From positions 62,001 through 126,000 of the forward strand of contig NW_027117338.1 of NCBI RefSeq assembly GCF_038025025.1: a stretch of 64,000 bases of DNA, in the 5' to 3' direction. A model generated the notes under the pieces. It saw only the letters and a list, made by a program, of their open reading frames with translations, was not told where the DNA came from and did not search any database. The DNA is from Phyllosticta citribraziliensis. Its lineage: Eukaryota. How positions within the stretch are numbered: position 1 is the first letter of the stretch; each line of letters begins with the position of its first letter. Both the position numbers and the translations under genes were made by a program. Shown piece by piece: positions 25,072 to 38,100 of this stretch.

Positions 25072-26868
25072 TTACACGTCAACCAATGTCTCACCATTCT
25101 GCTGCTGCTGGGGCTGCTGGGCCTCCTCCCCATTCCCCTGCGGCTGAGCCTGCTCACCATCCTCAGCATTATCCCTCGTATCCTTATTCGGCTGCCTGCG
25201 CGCGCGCTTCTCCTCGGCGCGGCGCTGGTAGTAGACGTCGAGCACCTTGGCGGGGATGCGGTTGAGCAGGTCCTTGGGGTAGATGCGGAGCAAGCTCCAG
25301 GCGAGGTCGAGGGACTCGAAGATGTTGCGCGCCTCGTACGCGCCCTGGTTGATGAACGTCTTTTCGAACTTGTCGAGGAACTCGAGCGAGAGCTTGTCTT
25401 CGGCCGACAGCGCTTCCTCGCCGACGACGGCTTTCATGGCTGCGGCGTCGCGCCCGATGGCGTACTTGGCGTACAGCTGGTTCGACACGTCGCCGTGGTC
25501 CTTGCGCGTGCGGCCCTCGCCGATGGCCGACTTCATGAGACGTGAGAGCGACGGGAGCACGTTGATGGGCGGGTACACGCCCTTGTTGTACAGGCCGCGG
25601 TCGACGAAGATTTGGCCCTCGGTGATGTAGCCTGTCAGATCAGGGATCGGGTGCGTGATGTCTGGGAGTGGTGTGAGCTGCTGTTGCTAAATCTGCTGTC
25701 TGAGATGCTTACCGTCGTTAGGCATGGTCAAGATGGGAATCTGGGTGATGGAACCATTCCTTCCCTCGACACGACCCGCACGCTCGTAGATGGTGGACAA
25801 ATCCGTGTACATGTAACCTGGGTAACCGCGACGACCAGGCACTTCTTCACGCGCGGCCGAGACCTCACGAAGAGCGTCACAGTAGGACGACAGGTCGGTA
25901 AGAATGACCAAGACGTGCTTCTCGAGCTGGTAGGCGTAGTATTCGGCAGTGGTCAGGGCCAGACGGGGCGTGATGATGCGCTCAATGGTGGGGTCGTTGG
26001 CCAAGTTGAGGAACAGAGTGACGCGCTCCATGCTGCCGTTCTCCTCAAAGTCCTTGGTGAAGAAGCGGCTCGTCTCCAAGTTGACACCCATGGCACCAAA
26101 GACAATGGAGAAGTTGTCCTCGTGGCCGTCGTGCACGTCCTTTGTCGGCTTGCCGACCAAGCTAGCTTGTCTGCAAATCTGGGCGGCGATTTCGTTGTGC
26201 GGGAGACCGGCAGCGGAGAAGATGGGAATCTTTTGGCCACGGGCAATCGAGTTCATCGTGTCAATGGCCGAGATACCGGTCGAAATCATTTCTTCGGGGT
26301 ACACCTGGGACAGGGTCAGCCAAGCTGCTTGCTCATAGTTGTTGCCACACCTACTCGAGAGTAAGGGTTGATGGGACTGCCGTTGATATCGAGATAGTCC
26401 TCGGCGAGCACCTTGGGGCCCTTGTCGATGGCGCGACCGGAACCATCAAAGATACGACCAAGCATGTCCTCGGAGACACCAAGCTTCATGCTGTGGCCCG
26501 AGAACTCGACCTTGGTCTTCTTGACATCGATACCAGAAGTGCCTTCGAAAACTTGTACTACGGCACGGTTTCCTGCGGATAGCGTCAGCACCGAGCTCTG
26601 CCTTGGACGTGTTGGATATCCCACCTCTAGCTTCCAGGACCTGGCCAGACCGCTCCGAGCCGTCGGGCAGCGTCAGAGATACGATCTCGTTGTAACGGGG
26701 AAATTTGACCTGTCATCGTCGCGTTAGCTTCCATGGAGTCGTTCAAAAGCTCGCTTGCAAACCGACATTGTCCAAGACGACCAATGGACCGTTGACACCG
26801 CCGATGGTGTTGTAACGTATCCTGGGCTTTACGGACATCATGCGGGGGTCTATCGGGGCGGGCGCCAT
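25072..26868 (-). CDS. VMA2: V-type H+-ATPase V1 subunit B, 4 introns
   Basis: [83 protein letters not shown]. Confidence 0.98.
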
Positions 26869-28956
26869 GGTCGGTGGTGGTGTGTTTGTGGAGTCGAGAT
26901 TTGGAGGAGCTGTGAGATTCGTAGGGAGGACGTCAGAGATAGCAGCCGGGTGCCTGCGACTGGTGGTTTGGTGTCGAGGTGCGGGTGGAGGTCGAGATGC
27001 AGCTTGGCAGCTCGACGTTGGAGGTCCGCTGACGGCATGGTACGTGCACGACGGACGGGTTGGGTTGGTCGGCCTGGAATTAATGAAAGCCCCGCCATCC
27101 ACCCATGCATGCCTGAGGTGAGGACGGCACGTTCAAGACCAACGCCAACCTTTGCAGCCTCACCCACCTGGACGCTCATTGGGTTCATTGCCATTAAACA
27201 GTGCGAGTTTGGGACCTCACGGTGAATGGGCAGCATGGATGAACAGTAGATACATCACGTGGCGAAGCACAGAGAAAGTGTGTTCAGAAAATTTATTTAT
27301 TCTTTGTTCTATCATGAAAAGTTGCGAGGCTGTCACGGTCAAAATCTGCGAGCACAGTTAGCTTTGGTCCACCGCAAGTGACTTGAAAACATGTGCTTTG
27401 TGTGTGGAGTCAGACATCCAAGGAAGATTGAGCCCTCATTGTCCGTCTAAGATGGGTTCTTAAGCGACGGCTAGAGTGAAAACTGCGAATGTGGTATAGA
27501 TTTCATCATGAGAAGGAAGGCAGAAGCAGAGAAAAATGCACTGACCTGGCAAGATGGGCTGTGAGCGGTGCGGGTAGTGCGACGACAGCACCGAGGGCAG
27601 GCCCTGACAGAAACTTCTCAACATCAGAGATTGTGCGCCAGGGCCGTCCGTGTGCCAGAAATGGCGTCGCGTCCAAAGGTGTGCGAATGTGGGTGTGGGC
27701 GGTGGGCGGGCGATTGAAAGGTCACTAGGAGAACTAGAGCATGTCAGCGAAGAGTTCTGGAGAGCTCGTTGAATGCAATGCGACGGCAAGTCTTGATCAG
27801 ACAGCGTTTACTGGCAAGTAGCAGGTCTCGTGCGATGGAGACCCGGACAGACGTTTTCTTCAAGGTCGACTCAGTTGGGAAAAGAAGACAATTGCTTGGG
27901 TGTCATCATGAAAGGGTGCGCGTCGCATTGAGGGAGGGGGGAGCTTACCGTCAAGGAATGCAGAGAGGAGAGAAAGGTAATGGTGGTGTTGAGTCGCGAG
28001 AAAATCCGCGTCGAATCTTATAGCGAGGCCTCGGAGAAACCTTCGGCGGGCTTAACCCGATTCGGAGCGACGGCCGCCCGACGGCAGCCCTCGTCAGGTC
28101 CAGTCCACCCACCTGCACCCAGTCCCAGTCAGTCAGTGAGCAGAGAGAGCCTGAGCCTGAGCCTGCCTGCCTGCCTGCCTGCCAGCCAGCCAACCTCCAC
28201 CGGCTGTCGACACTTCATCTCGTCCTCGCCCATCATCGAGCCCGCCCGCATCGGCCCCCAGATCCGCTCTTTTCAACCTCCAGGATCGTCTTGACATGGC
28301 CGACGCATCGCTCTGCTCCCTGTGACTGTCTCCCCGACGCCCATTGCGCCCGGCAACCCACGCTCGCTCGCTCGACCGCTCTCCTCACCGTCGCGCCCAA
28401 CCTCCTGTAGACGCATGCGCGACAATCCCCCGATCCTCAACCGCCAACGGTACTTGGTCCCTCGAGCGTCCCTCTGCAGTCGCCTACACGCCGTGTTTGC
28501 GCGAGGTGGCTCATACCACTCAGTCACCTGCTGACCTCCGATCGCAACTGTCAGCTCCGGTAGTTGCCGCCGCGCCGTGGTACCCTGACCGCACTCCAAC
28601 ACCCAAACCCAACTCAACTCTCTCGCCCTCACCACGCCCTCTCTTCCACTCTTCAATCCGACGCTCGGTTCCGCCCTGCCGCCTCATCGCGCCGCGGCCT
28701 CGCATCGCCGCCGACTGTGCCTGATTCCTTTGCCCGCTCACCCTGCACAGACGCCGGCCCTCGACGCCATCGCTCCACCACCGTTCGTGTGGCATATTTT
28801 GGTCCCCGCCGACACACTCGAAGCACAAGAGGCCATCTGTAGCCACCGACCCTTGCGGCACTCCAACGGCCCTCGGCACCAGCAGTGACCGGGGGGTTTT
28901 CCCTACAGGCCCTGGGAGATAGGTCGTCGCTGCTGATATAACCTCCCAGTGTCAAG

Positions 28957-31583
28957 ATGATGGCGAGTGCTTACCCGCATCATCCTGGTGGTCTGCAGCA
29001 GGCCGGAATACCTCATGGGCAGCCCATGGGTCCGGGACCTGGGCCCAATCCAGGACATCCAATGGGCCCTCAAATGCACGGCATGCATCCAGGCGTATCT
29101 GGACCGAATGGACCGCACGTCTCTCAGTCGGGTCCGATGATGGGCATGCAGCCGGGAATGGGCGGTCCTGGTCCCAGCGCGCATGCTCTCCAACACCTCA
29201 CTCCCCAGGCACACATGTTCCACCAACAGCCCCAGATGTGTAAGTGTCTCTTCTCCGCCATTCTCTTCTCTACTTGCCTGCTGACTCGTTCCCAGTCGCA
29301 TCGAATCCAGCCATGGCCATGCAGCAACGGCAGCAGATGATGCGCCAGCATCAGATGCTCCAGCAGCAACAGCAGCAGCAGCAGCAGCAAAATGGCATGA
29401 TATTTCCCGGTCAGACAAGCCAGGGCCTGACACCTCAACAAATAGCGGCAATGCAGGCTACCAACCCTCAACTGCAGGTTCCCCTGCCGCAGCATATGCG
29501 CCAGCAGCTTGCGCAGCAACAAGCGTTGCAGCAGCAGCAACACGCGCAGGCACAACAGCAAGCTCATCAGCAACAGATGAGTCAACAGCAGCAACAGCAG
29601 CAGCAGCAGCAAATGTTGGCGCAGCACACTGCCGCAATGCAGCATGCGGCATCGCAGCAGAGTAATCCAGGTCAAGGCGGTCCCCAGGGCCAGCAGGGTC
29701 CCCAGGGTCAACCTGGGCAAATGAGACCGCAGCCACCGGGAATGCAGCCAGGCCATGAAGCTCAGGCATCACCAGCACAACCGCCGAGTCAGCACCACAC
29801 TCCGCAGCAGACTCAATCACAACCTCAACCTCCGCCCCCGACTCAGGCACCCACGCCTCATCAACAAGGGCCTCAGCCTCCAGGTCCTCCTCCACCGCAG
29901 CAGGGGCCTCAACCACAGCCTCAGAATCCTCAACAGATGCAGCAGCAGCAACATGCTCAGCAACAGCAGCAGCAGCAGCAGCAAGCGCAGCAGCAGCAAC
30001 AACAACAGCAGGCGCAGCAGGCTCAGCAGCAGCAGGCTCAGCAGCAGCAGGCTCAGCAGCAGCAGCAGGCTCAGCAGCAGCAGCAGGCTCAACAGCAACA
30101 GCATCAGCAAAGACACCAGCAGCTCTTGATGCAACAGCGCCAAGCTCAACAGGCTCACAACGCACCGGATAGGATATACGGCGTTTCCATATTGAAGTTG
30201 TTGAATCTCGCAGACCACCTCAGTAGGTTTACGTCGAACCGGCAGCCAAACGATCTGGCTTACTGGAAGGGCTTTGTTGGTCGCTTCTTCACCGAGAATG
30301 GTGTCTTCAAACAGACTCTGCTCGACTATGGCGCGCAATCAGCTGCTCCTGGCTCCAAGAACTTTGAAATTTGCACGCTGGCTCTACCACGATACTTTTA
30401 CACACAGTTTCAGAGCGGACTGGACAATTTGCAGCTGACAATGGACGGTTTAATTGAGAAAGAGCTCGGGAACGCATGTCACTATGTCGAAAGTGCCCGC
30501 GCCAAGTTCATCTACTGGTACAAGAACGGAACTCAGGTACAGTGCCAGTCTCCAGGCGTCCCTTTACACCATGCTGACTCTTTCAGGTTGTACACAACGG
30601 CAAGCTGAGCGCCATGTTCGACCAGGCTGATAAGATCAACCTGCTTTCATTCGAGACTCAAGAACATCAGCAGTACTTGCCACGCTTGCAGCTGGACTCG
30701 CTCTTCCAACAGAGATCTCCGCAGCAAAACATGCAAGTCTCTCCGAAGATGAGCAAAAAGAATGCGCCAAACCAGAGGAACCAGCGCGCGCGCGGGGAAC
30801 CGACACTCCTCTTGTCCGAGCTCATCGAAGCGCCGGTTTCGTCGTGGGGGATTGCCAATTCGGTGTTACAATTTCTTGAAGTACGTCAACTGTCAGATTT
30901 TAGCGAAACCAAGGCTGATATCATCTTAGGTTGGCGAGACGTTGACCAATATGCAGGAGCTATTTGCTCACTATCACCAGAACCCTGGGACCACGCCTGC
31001 GCAAGCCATGACGGGCTTCGTCGCCTCTCTCGGCCCGCAGCCAAACCAAGCTGGGCCGCAAGGTAATCAGATGCAGCAGCCGCCTCATCACCTCCAGCAA
31101 CAACAGACGCCGCAGATCAACGTGCCTCCGAATGGCCCAGTCCCGAACAATGCTCAGCCGGGGCAGCGAACACCAGGCACCATGCCTGGCGGCATCCCCA
31201 ACGTACCGCACCCAGCGGCAAACCCGCAGTTCATGTCGCCCCACATTGCAAATCTCCAGCAGTTCCCTGGCGGACTCAACCCGGCTGTGAACGGATCACC
31301 GCATCTCGCTGGCCAGACTCACACGCCGTCCCCAGCTCAGGGACACATGCAGGCCCCGGGCCTCGTGGCACAGCATAGCCAGCAAGGTACGAACAGCAGC
31401 GCAGCTGCAAGCGCAAACACCAGCCCAAACGTTAGTAACAAGAGGCGGCGCAGCACGGTGAAGACAGAAGGCGATGATGGAGGTGGAGATGCAAACGGAG
31501 CGAACCCGAATGCACCCAAGGTCAAGCCGAGTCCCAGAATGCCGCACAACAACAAGCGGCTGAAGGGCAACCCGTTGGGATGA
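28957..31583 (+). CDS. ptaB: LIM-domain-binding (LDB/Mfg1/Adn1) transcriptional co-regulator PtaB, polyQ-rich; introns ~29240-29295, 30537-30587, 30881-30929
   Basis: Q/P-rich N-terminus, then a LIM_bind-like domain (LKLLNLADHLS..DLAYWKGFVGRFF..KNFEICTLALPRYFYTQF..FLEVGETLTNMQELF) and a C-terminal SANTSPNVSNKRRRS. Confidence 0.88.
29320..30150 (+). repeat. Coding CAG/CAA polyglutamine tracts within ptaB
   Basis: Long runs of CAG/CAA and a (CAG CAG CAG GCT)n-type subrepeat at ~30010-30100. Confidence 0.9.
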
Positions 31584-33100
31584 TTGGCGCACCCAGCACC
31601 GCAACCTCGGAAGACGGACGGCATGTTCACGAGATCTTGATGGGCTCCACAGAGACGATTGACGACGAACGGGCACGACGTGGTCGGGTCGAGGGCTGCC
31701 ACGGACGAGGCGCCAGGCCAGGCCAATGCATCATGTCGCGATGACATTGATATAACCCCCCCCCCCCCCAAAAAGCTCGCCAGTCTGCTTTGGCCAGTGT
31801 CCAAAGCGGCTATGCGATTGATGCGGTTGGAAGTTTCCTTGGCGCTTACTACTATTGTTCATGTTGGGTACAGCAGCAGAATTCCCATTATTGCTTGTCG
31901 TTACAGGGCGAGTTGTAAGGCGAAATTGGGATATTTTCTTACGAGTCGGGAGAGGTTCTGCGACATTGTTCGATCATTGCGTACATTTGATATTGCGTCT
32001 GGTGTGCTGCTGCGGGCGTTTGGTGTGCGCATGGTTCCGAGAGTTTTCTTTTCATTCTTTTCCCCCTTTTACAGCGCGGCGTTTGTCTGCTACGAGTCAT
32101 TGCGTCATACAGCTGCGGTCTATACTCTGCTCGCTCTCCCATTTTGGTCTATTTGGAACAGTCACTGGTCAATAACGTTATGCTCGAAAAATTCCTCACG
32201 CGTATTCTTGTCGACTCCTCAGGACGTCCACGCTTCGTCATGTTGTTTGGCTTTTTGAGTAGTATCTCCTTTTGAATTTTGATGGATGACGAATTCTCTG
32301 TACATTGCGAACGACATCTTCAGCAATTAATGGTTAGGCTGGGCGACGTTGATGCTGTCGGCTCCTCCTTTGCTTGGCTTGCGTTGGTGCTGTGGAACGC
32401 GAGCGTCACATGGGTCCTGAAAAAATCCAGTCGAGTCACGCGTTTGGTTCCGTCTCGGGCACGGCAAGGAAGACAGCAACCACTGACGAGATGGGGGCGT
32501 ACGCGGCGGGATGCACACTTTTGCTCTGGGATCTGATTGGCTTTTGGCGCCCCGCTGTTGACTGGCGACGGGCGAGTACTAATTTTCCTTCACCTCTGTC
32601 GACGATTTCGCCCGGCTCCAGCGTTGTAGCAGTGTCGTTGTCGTTGTTTGCAATCCACAGCCATGATCCATGTGGTGAAGCGGACCGAGCCGAATCGAAT
32701 TATATTCTTGTCCGACGAGACGGAAGTGGGTCGATCCCGTTGGGCGGGCGGGGGAGATGGGTGCGTCAACGGAACCCTCTGCTCACACAAACAATCCAAT
32801 CGCCTGGTCGGCAGCGCAGAGCCGCATCTCCCTGATTTCCAGTCAGAGGCCTCCGTCCGTCCATCCATCCCAAGCCAAGCCATGTGAAGCCGCACCCAGC
32901 ATATAGGCCATCGCCCTCCGCCGCCGCCTCTGCCGCCGCCGCCAACGCCGCCCTCCGCCGCCGAGAGAATCATCGTACGACTCGACTCGGACGCTGTAGC
33001 GACGAAGAAAGTGTCGACGTTCCAGCAGAGCGCGACCAACGCCTCTCCATACCTAGTCGAGGTTGCAGCGTCGAAGGATTCTCGTTGCTCGACCCAAACC

Positions 33101-34428
33101 AGTAAGCTCCCGCCCCCAGCTGCGCACCCGTCTCCAGTCGTGCCGTCGGGTATGATAAGGCTGAAAAATGATCTGATCTCCAACAAGTGGCCTCGTCGTC
33201 GCCGTCGTCCTCCTACTACCACCACCACCACCACCACCACCACGGCAATCATCCCGCGCAAAGCACTGCCTCGCGCTCGTCGGCCGCCGCCACCGCCGCA
33301 GCGTCGTCCGTCTCAGCCTCGTCCCGGCTGTCTTCTTCGTCGCCTTCTTCCCACCAGCACCAGCTGCCATTTGCTGCTGCGCTCCAGGACCAAGACCACG
33401 AACAGCAGCCCCCAATCCTGAGGTGGAGTAACGATGCGCATTCTGGTGGAGTCGGAGAGCGCCTCTTTGCTGCTCACTACTCGCTGAACCCCACCACCAC
33501 GGCGGGGGGCAGCACAAATCCCGACCATCCACAGCGGCAGCAGCAGCAGCAGCACCAACATCAGCACCAGCAGCAGCAGCTGTCGTCAGACTACCCTTAT
33601 CCCGCCTCTCTTTCCTACAAGAGCACCTCGTACATGGATCCCTCGGGCCGGTCCGTCTCGGCCCACCACATGCACAACCACAATGGCTCCTCCTCGTCCC
33701 CATCGTCGCGAGGGGCCTACCACCACCACCATGCTGCCACCGCCGCCGCCGCACCCTCCGTGTCAGACATGGTCGTGCCGTCGCTCGACTACGACGCATC
33801 CTCGGTGGCCGAAAGCTCCGTCAACACGTTCAAATCAGGCCAAGGCCCCGCCAACCGCGTGCTGGAAGAAGGCCACGACGGCGTGCTGCAAGTGCCCAGC
33901 GCATCGTCCGCCTCCTCGCCACACAACACCACCGCCACGCACACGACGCCAAACGCCATCACCTACGACTGCGCCTTCAGCTTCCTCGGCTGCCGCTACT
34001 ACGCTCCCGCTCCCGCTCCCGCCGCCGCCGCCGCCTCTCCAGCTGCCACGGCCGCCGCCGAGGCAGAGTGGAAAACGCACGTCCTCTCGCACTTCCACAC
34101 GCACAGCCCGCCGCGCAAGGTGTCGTGTCCGCTGTGCGACTGGGGCTTCGAGCACGCGTCGGACGGATCGCGCGCCTGGGACGTGCGCATGAACCACGTC
34201 GCGGCGCACCACCGCGCCGGGCAGCGCCTCTCTCTGTCGTCCGACGGAGCCTGGGTCGATTCCAATCTGTTCCGCTATCTGTGGCAGAAGCGCATCATCA
34301 GCGACGCCGAGTATCAGGATCTGAGCAGCGGCGGCGCGCTGAGGGGGCCGCGGATGGCGACCATGGGGCAGCAGGTGGAGGGGAGGAGGGGGAGGCGGGA
34401 GTGGGCGGCGAGGAGGGTTGGGTCGTGA
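33101..34428 (+). CDS. Conserved ascomycete protein with C-terminal C2H2-like zinc-binding region; start probably A|TG split by intron 33102-33187
   Basis: 413-codon frame with CAFSFLGC...WKTHVLSHF...CPLCDWGF...RMNHVAAHH...FRYLWQKRII. The low-complexity His/Ser/Gln N-terminus has no ATG until ~33634 unless spliced. Confidence 0.75.
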
Positions 34429-35103
34429 TCATTTTTCTTGTCATCTTTTCTTTTCCTTTCTCTTCTTTCTCTCTCTCTCTCTCCTGTCTCATTCATCCAG
34501 CACTCAGATTAGCGGCGATTGATACCCCCTTCCCCAGATTGTTAGTTGCATTCCATACGCGGTTGGATTAGCTAAACGTACCGTACTCCTCCTCCTCCTA
34601 CACCACACGTGCACCGTTGGCTAAATTAGCCCGCCCCAACTCCTTCACACTTCCACCCCCCCACCCCTCCCCCTTTCCCTCCTCTCCCTTCTCCACCGCC
34701 AACAGTACGCGCGGCACCACAAAGCAATTCCCCATCCCACCTTCTTTTCCCCATCCCCATCCCCATCCCCTTCGTTCCCAAATTGGACAAGGAGAGGGTA
34801 AAAACACGACGATGACGACGACGACGAGAATAACGATTACAATGATGAGGTCAAAGCAGCAAACATGCGCGCGTTCGTGCGCCCGCGAGTATTGCAACAA
34901 ACGAACTTCTACATGCGTACCCGTTGACTCATGACCTATGACCTATGACTTATGACTCATGTGATGTGGTGCCCACGGCGTAAAATGACGGGTGAATTGA
35001 CGGGGTTAGTTGATGGGCGGTGGCAGGCCAAAGTTCTCGCGTGCGCGCGTGCGTGCGTGCGTGCGTGCGAGGTGTACATAAAGTGTGGTCACAGATGGAG
35101 GAC

Positions 35104-35129
35104 TTTTTTTTTTTTTTTTTTTTTTTTTT
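35104..35129 (+). repeat. Poly-T homopolymer (26 nt) next to (TGCG)n at ~35040-35068
   Basis: Directly visible. Confidence 0.9.
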
Positions 35130-38100
35130 GCTTTTGGCTTTGGAGCGTTGCTTGTCTGCGTGACGCACGGATGCGGAAGGACTGAGCAACACCGAGTAAA
35201 TCTGGCTCGGGAGGTAGGAGGTGTGGAATGGGAGTGGTCGGTCTGCTTCAGGCGCACGGAGTAGTAGTCGTCTTGTTCTAGGATCTGGCGGCACGAGAGA
35301 TTACGAGTGCACTGGGTAGCGAGGGAACACTGGCGGAGAAAAGGGGGAGGAGGGATGATTTAGGCCGCTTGTGTAGGTGCCTGCCTAGCTGCCTGGCGTG
35401 TAGATGGCGGTGATTGGAAGGGTTGGGAGACTCGATGCGAGTGACGGATGTGAGGAGTGGGTAGTGTATATATGCGTGTGTATATGGAGGTATGTGCGAA
35501 GACTAGGAAGTAGAGGATGGGTAGACGTGTAACAAGGACCACAGACGTGAGAGCGCCTTGCTGACTTGCCGCAGTCGACTTACCTAACTGTGACCGTGAG
35601 CTGTGCGTGCGGCTAAAACTCGCGCGCGCTTCGAGGACAGGAAAGAGACGCCACAGTAGGCATCGAAAGGAATGAGACTCGTGCAACTGCGACTGCACCC
35701 ACGGAGCATCCGTCCACTGGTATAGCTGCGCCTCGGGGGTTTTCGTCAGCTGCAGAAAAGGATTGCCACTGCTGTCAACACCCACTGCGGCGCCAAAGCA
35801 GAACAGGAAGAGAAAATCTCAACCCACAACTAGCAGGCAAGCGACTCACCTTCGACTTTTTGCGGCACCTCCGGCCTCTTCCAATTGCCGCCACACCTTG
35901 CCTCCTCGCGCTCCACCTGGTCTAGGTCAGTCCAGACAGCCGGACCCACGTCCAGCAGACCCGCACAGGAAATCTCAGATTTCCCTTCCTCACCCCTACC
36001 CCTCCCTCCCTCCCTCCCCCTACCGCCCAGCCAACCCGGCCTATAGCCGCCCCTCATCATGCCTGGCGTTGTTCCCTGCCCTTGCTCTCTCGGGTGCGTC
36101 CCCTCCGAGGGGTAGCTGCTCCGGCGCACGTTTGCCGTCCTGGCCACTCGGGGCCAGAGGAGAGGCGCGGCGCCGCAACATTGAACGTCGTGAATGAATC
36201 AACGGCTTGTGAGGGCGACTGGGATCGCCGATGGCTGTGGGGCGTGCTTTAAGGGTCGGGCTGTGGCGCAAGAGGGGGAGAATGGACTGGCAGAGCACAC
36301 TGGCTGGAAAAGGATATTTCCGGGCCCTCTGAGAACTGCAGCTGTAGGAAAAGATGATCAGCGATACTCAGCTGATGGTTCTCATGTGAGGTTTCTGGCC
36401 GTGTCAATTCCAGAGTGTGCAGTTGCCCGTCGTCTTCGCCACGTCCAGTTGCGCCTCACCTGCGGCGGCGAGCCACCCCGGCGCATCCTCCCACGCCTCA
36501 CTGGCCTAGACCGGGGGCAAACGACAACTTCAGACGTAGTGACTGACACGACCAAGTGGCGGCAGCGGTGATGTGGCCGGGGTTGTAGGGACACGGATCT
36601 GCAGCGTCATCAGCCTGGTGGTTCGCTTTGTGGGGCCGCCCGGGCGGGTATGTGTGTGATGAATAAAAGTGGCTATGAATAGTGCGCCACGTGAAGAACG
36701 TTTTCCGTTGTTTCACAGATTGTTTCTGCCCGGCTCTGGGGGTCGTTGTTGGGGGGCCTTTTGATGGCACTTTTGATGCTCTTTTTCCTGCAGGTGCTTG
36801 CTGTGCAATGGTTGATCCTGCGTCTGAACATGCATGTGATGCTGCTGTCGAAGTTCCGGTCATTTGAAGACAGTGACGGCTCTTTCAGCCAGATCTGTTT
36901 CCACATGCCTCGTGCCGTGTCCATGGCCTTCAACGGCGATTGTCATACCAGCCAACTGTCATTCCCTCCGCGGCCCTTGCTTTTCTCTGGCGTAATACTG
37001 GATGCCGCCGGTACTCCGAGGGATTCCCACGCCTCATCCACAGAGCGGACGCAACTTCAAACGTCGGCATGATTCACGAGCGGTCGACAATGAGTCGTGG
37101 CAGGGGGTTTCCAAGGAGGTTTCGGTCATGGCCAGACGTAATAATGGCAGACGTGTGCGTTGGCGGCGCGCCGTCGGCGGCGGGGGGCAGGTGAGGCAAT
37201 GACGCATGGATACCCACTGACTGGGCCGGAACAACAGCAGTCGAGGTTGGGTTTGCGTTTGAGATGAGGCGGGCGTATCCATCTCGGGTTGGGTGCGGGA
37301 TGACGTAGGAGAAGCCGGTCAAGGTTCTTGACCGTCGCTGAGTTCTGCCGGGATGCTCGACCGCAAAACGTCGTTGCAAAACAGACTCGTGACTAAGCGA
37401 CGTTGCGAAAAGTTTCCGCTTACAAGCATGTCTTCCGTTCGACAACGCTCTCGTTTGCTCCGACTCCCCTCACCAACACCCATCTTCGCATGTCAAAACG
37501 CTCTCGTTGAAGAGCTCTGCTGCGTGTTTTTTCAGGGCCTCGATGCTGATGTGTGCTTCAGCTTCCCAACGACGGCTTGGCCCTATCAGCCCCGGCGTTG
37601 GACAATGCTGGCCATTTCTTTCAACACCCACTTTGCATCTGTACACTCAGCTTCGGGTAGATGCAGAAATCCGTGGCACGTCTAGTTGTAGCTGGGAAGA
37701 AGTCTCCTCCTTGATCCCTAAAATCCCTTTACGTCTTCAAGAACTTGAATATTGTCTTATCCCATCTTTCGCTTGACTTCTACAAATCCAACAGGATTGC
37801 AGGTATTCTCCCTGATGTCTTCTCTTCAGAGAGTTTGTCAGGTTTTCCTCGTCTTCTCATTCTCGTCACATCGTGTGCTACAGCTTGTGCTCCCAAGTCC
37901 ACTGGCCCTGGTTGATCGGACCCCTCCTCATCGAGCTAAGAGCCGCCGTCCTGCTCACCTGCTGCATCGCCATCAGCGCGCGCCAGAAACGGCGTGCCGG
38001 CACGCAGAAATTGAACGATTTGGTCTTCCCGTTTCTGTTCAACGGGGTTGAGCGGGAGAAGTTGGACGAATGGGACGAAATGCTTGAAATGCACGAGGTG

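Noticed and set aside
23194..26868. ATP5 and VMA2 adjacency as a rotary-ATPase cluster
   Set aside because: Convergent orientation, different organelles and no shared promoter; likely coincidental.
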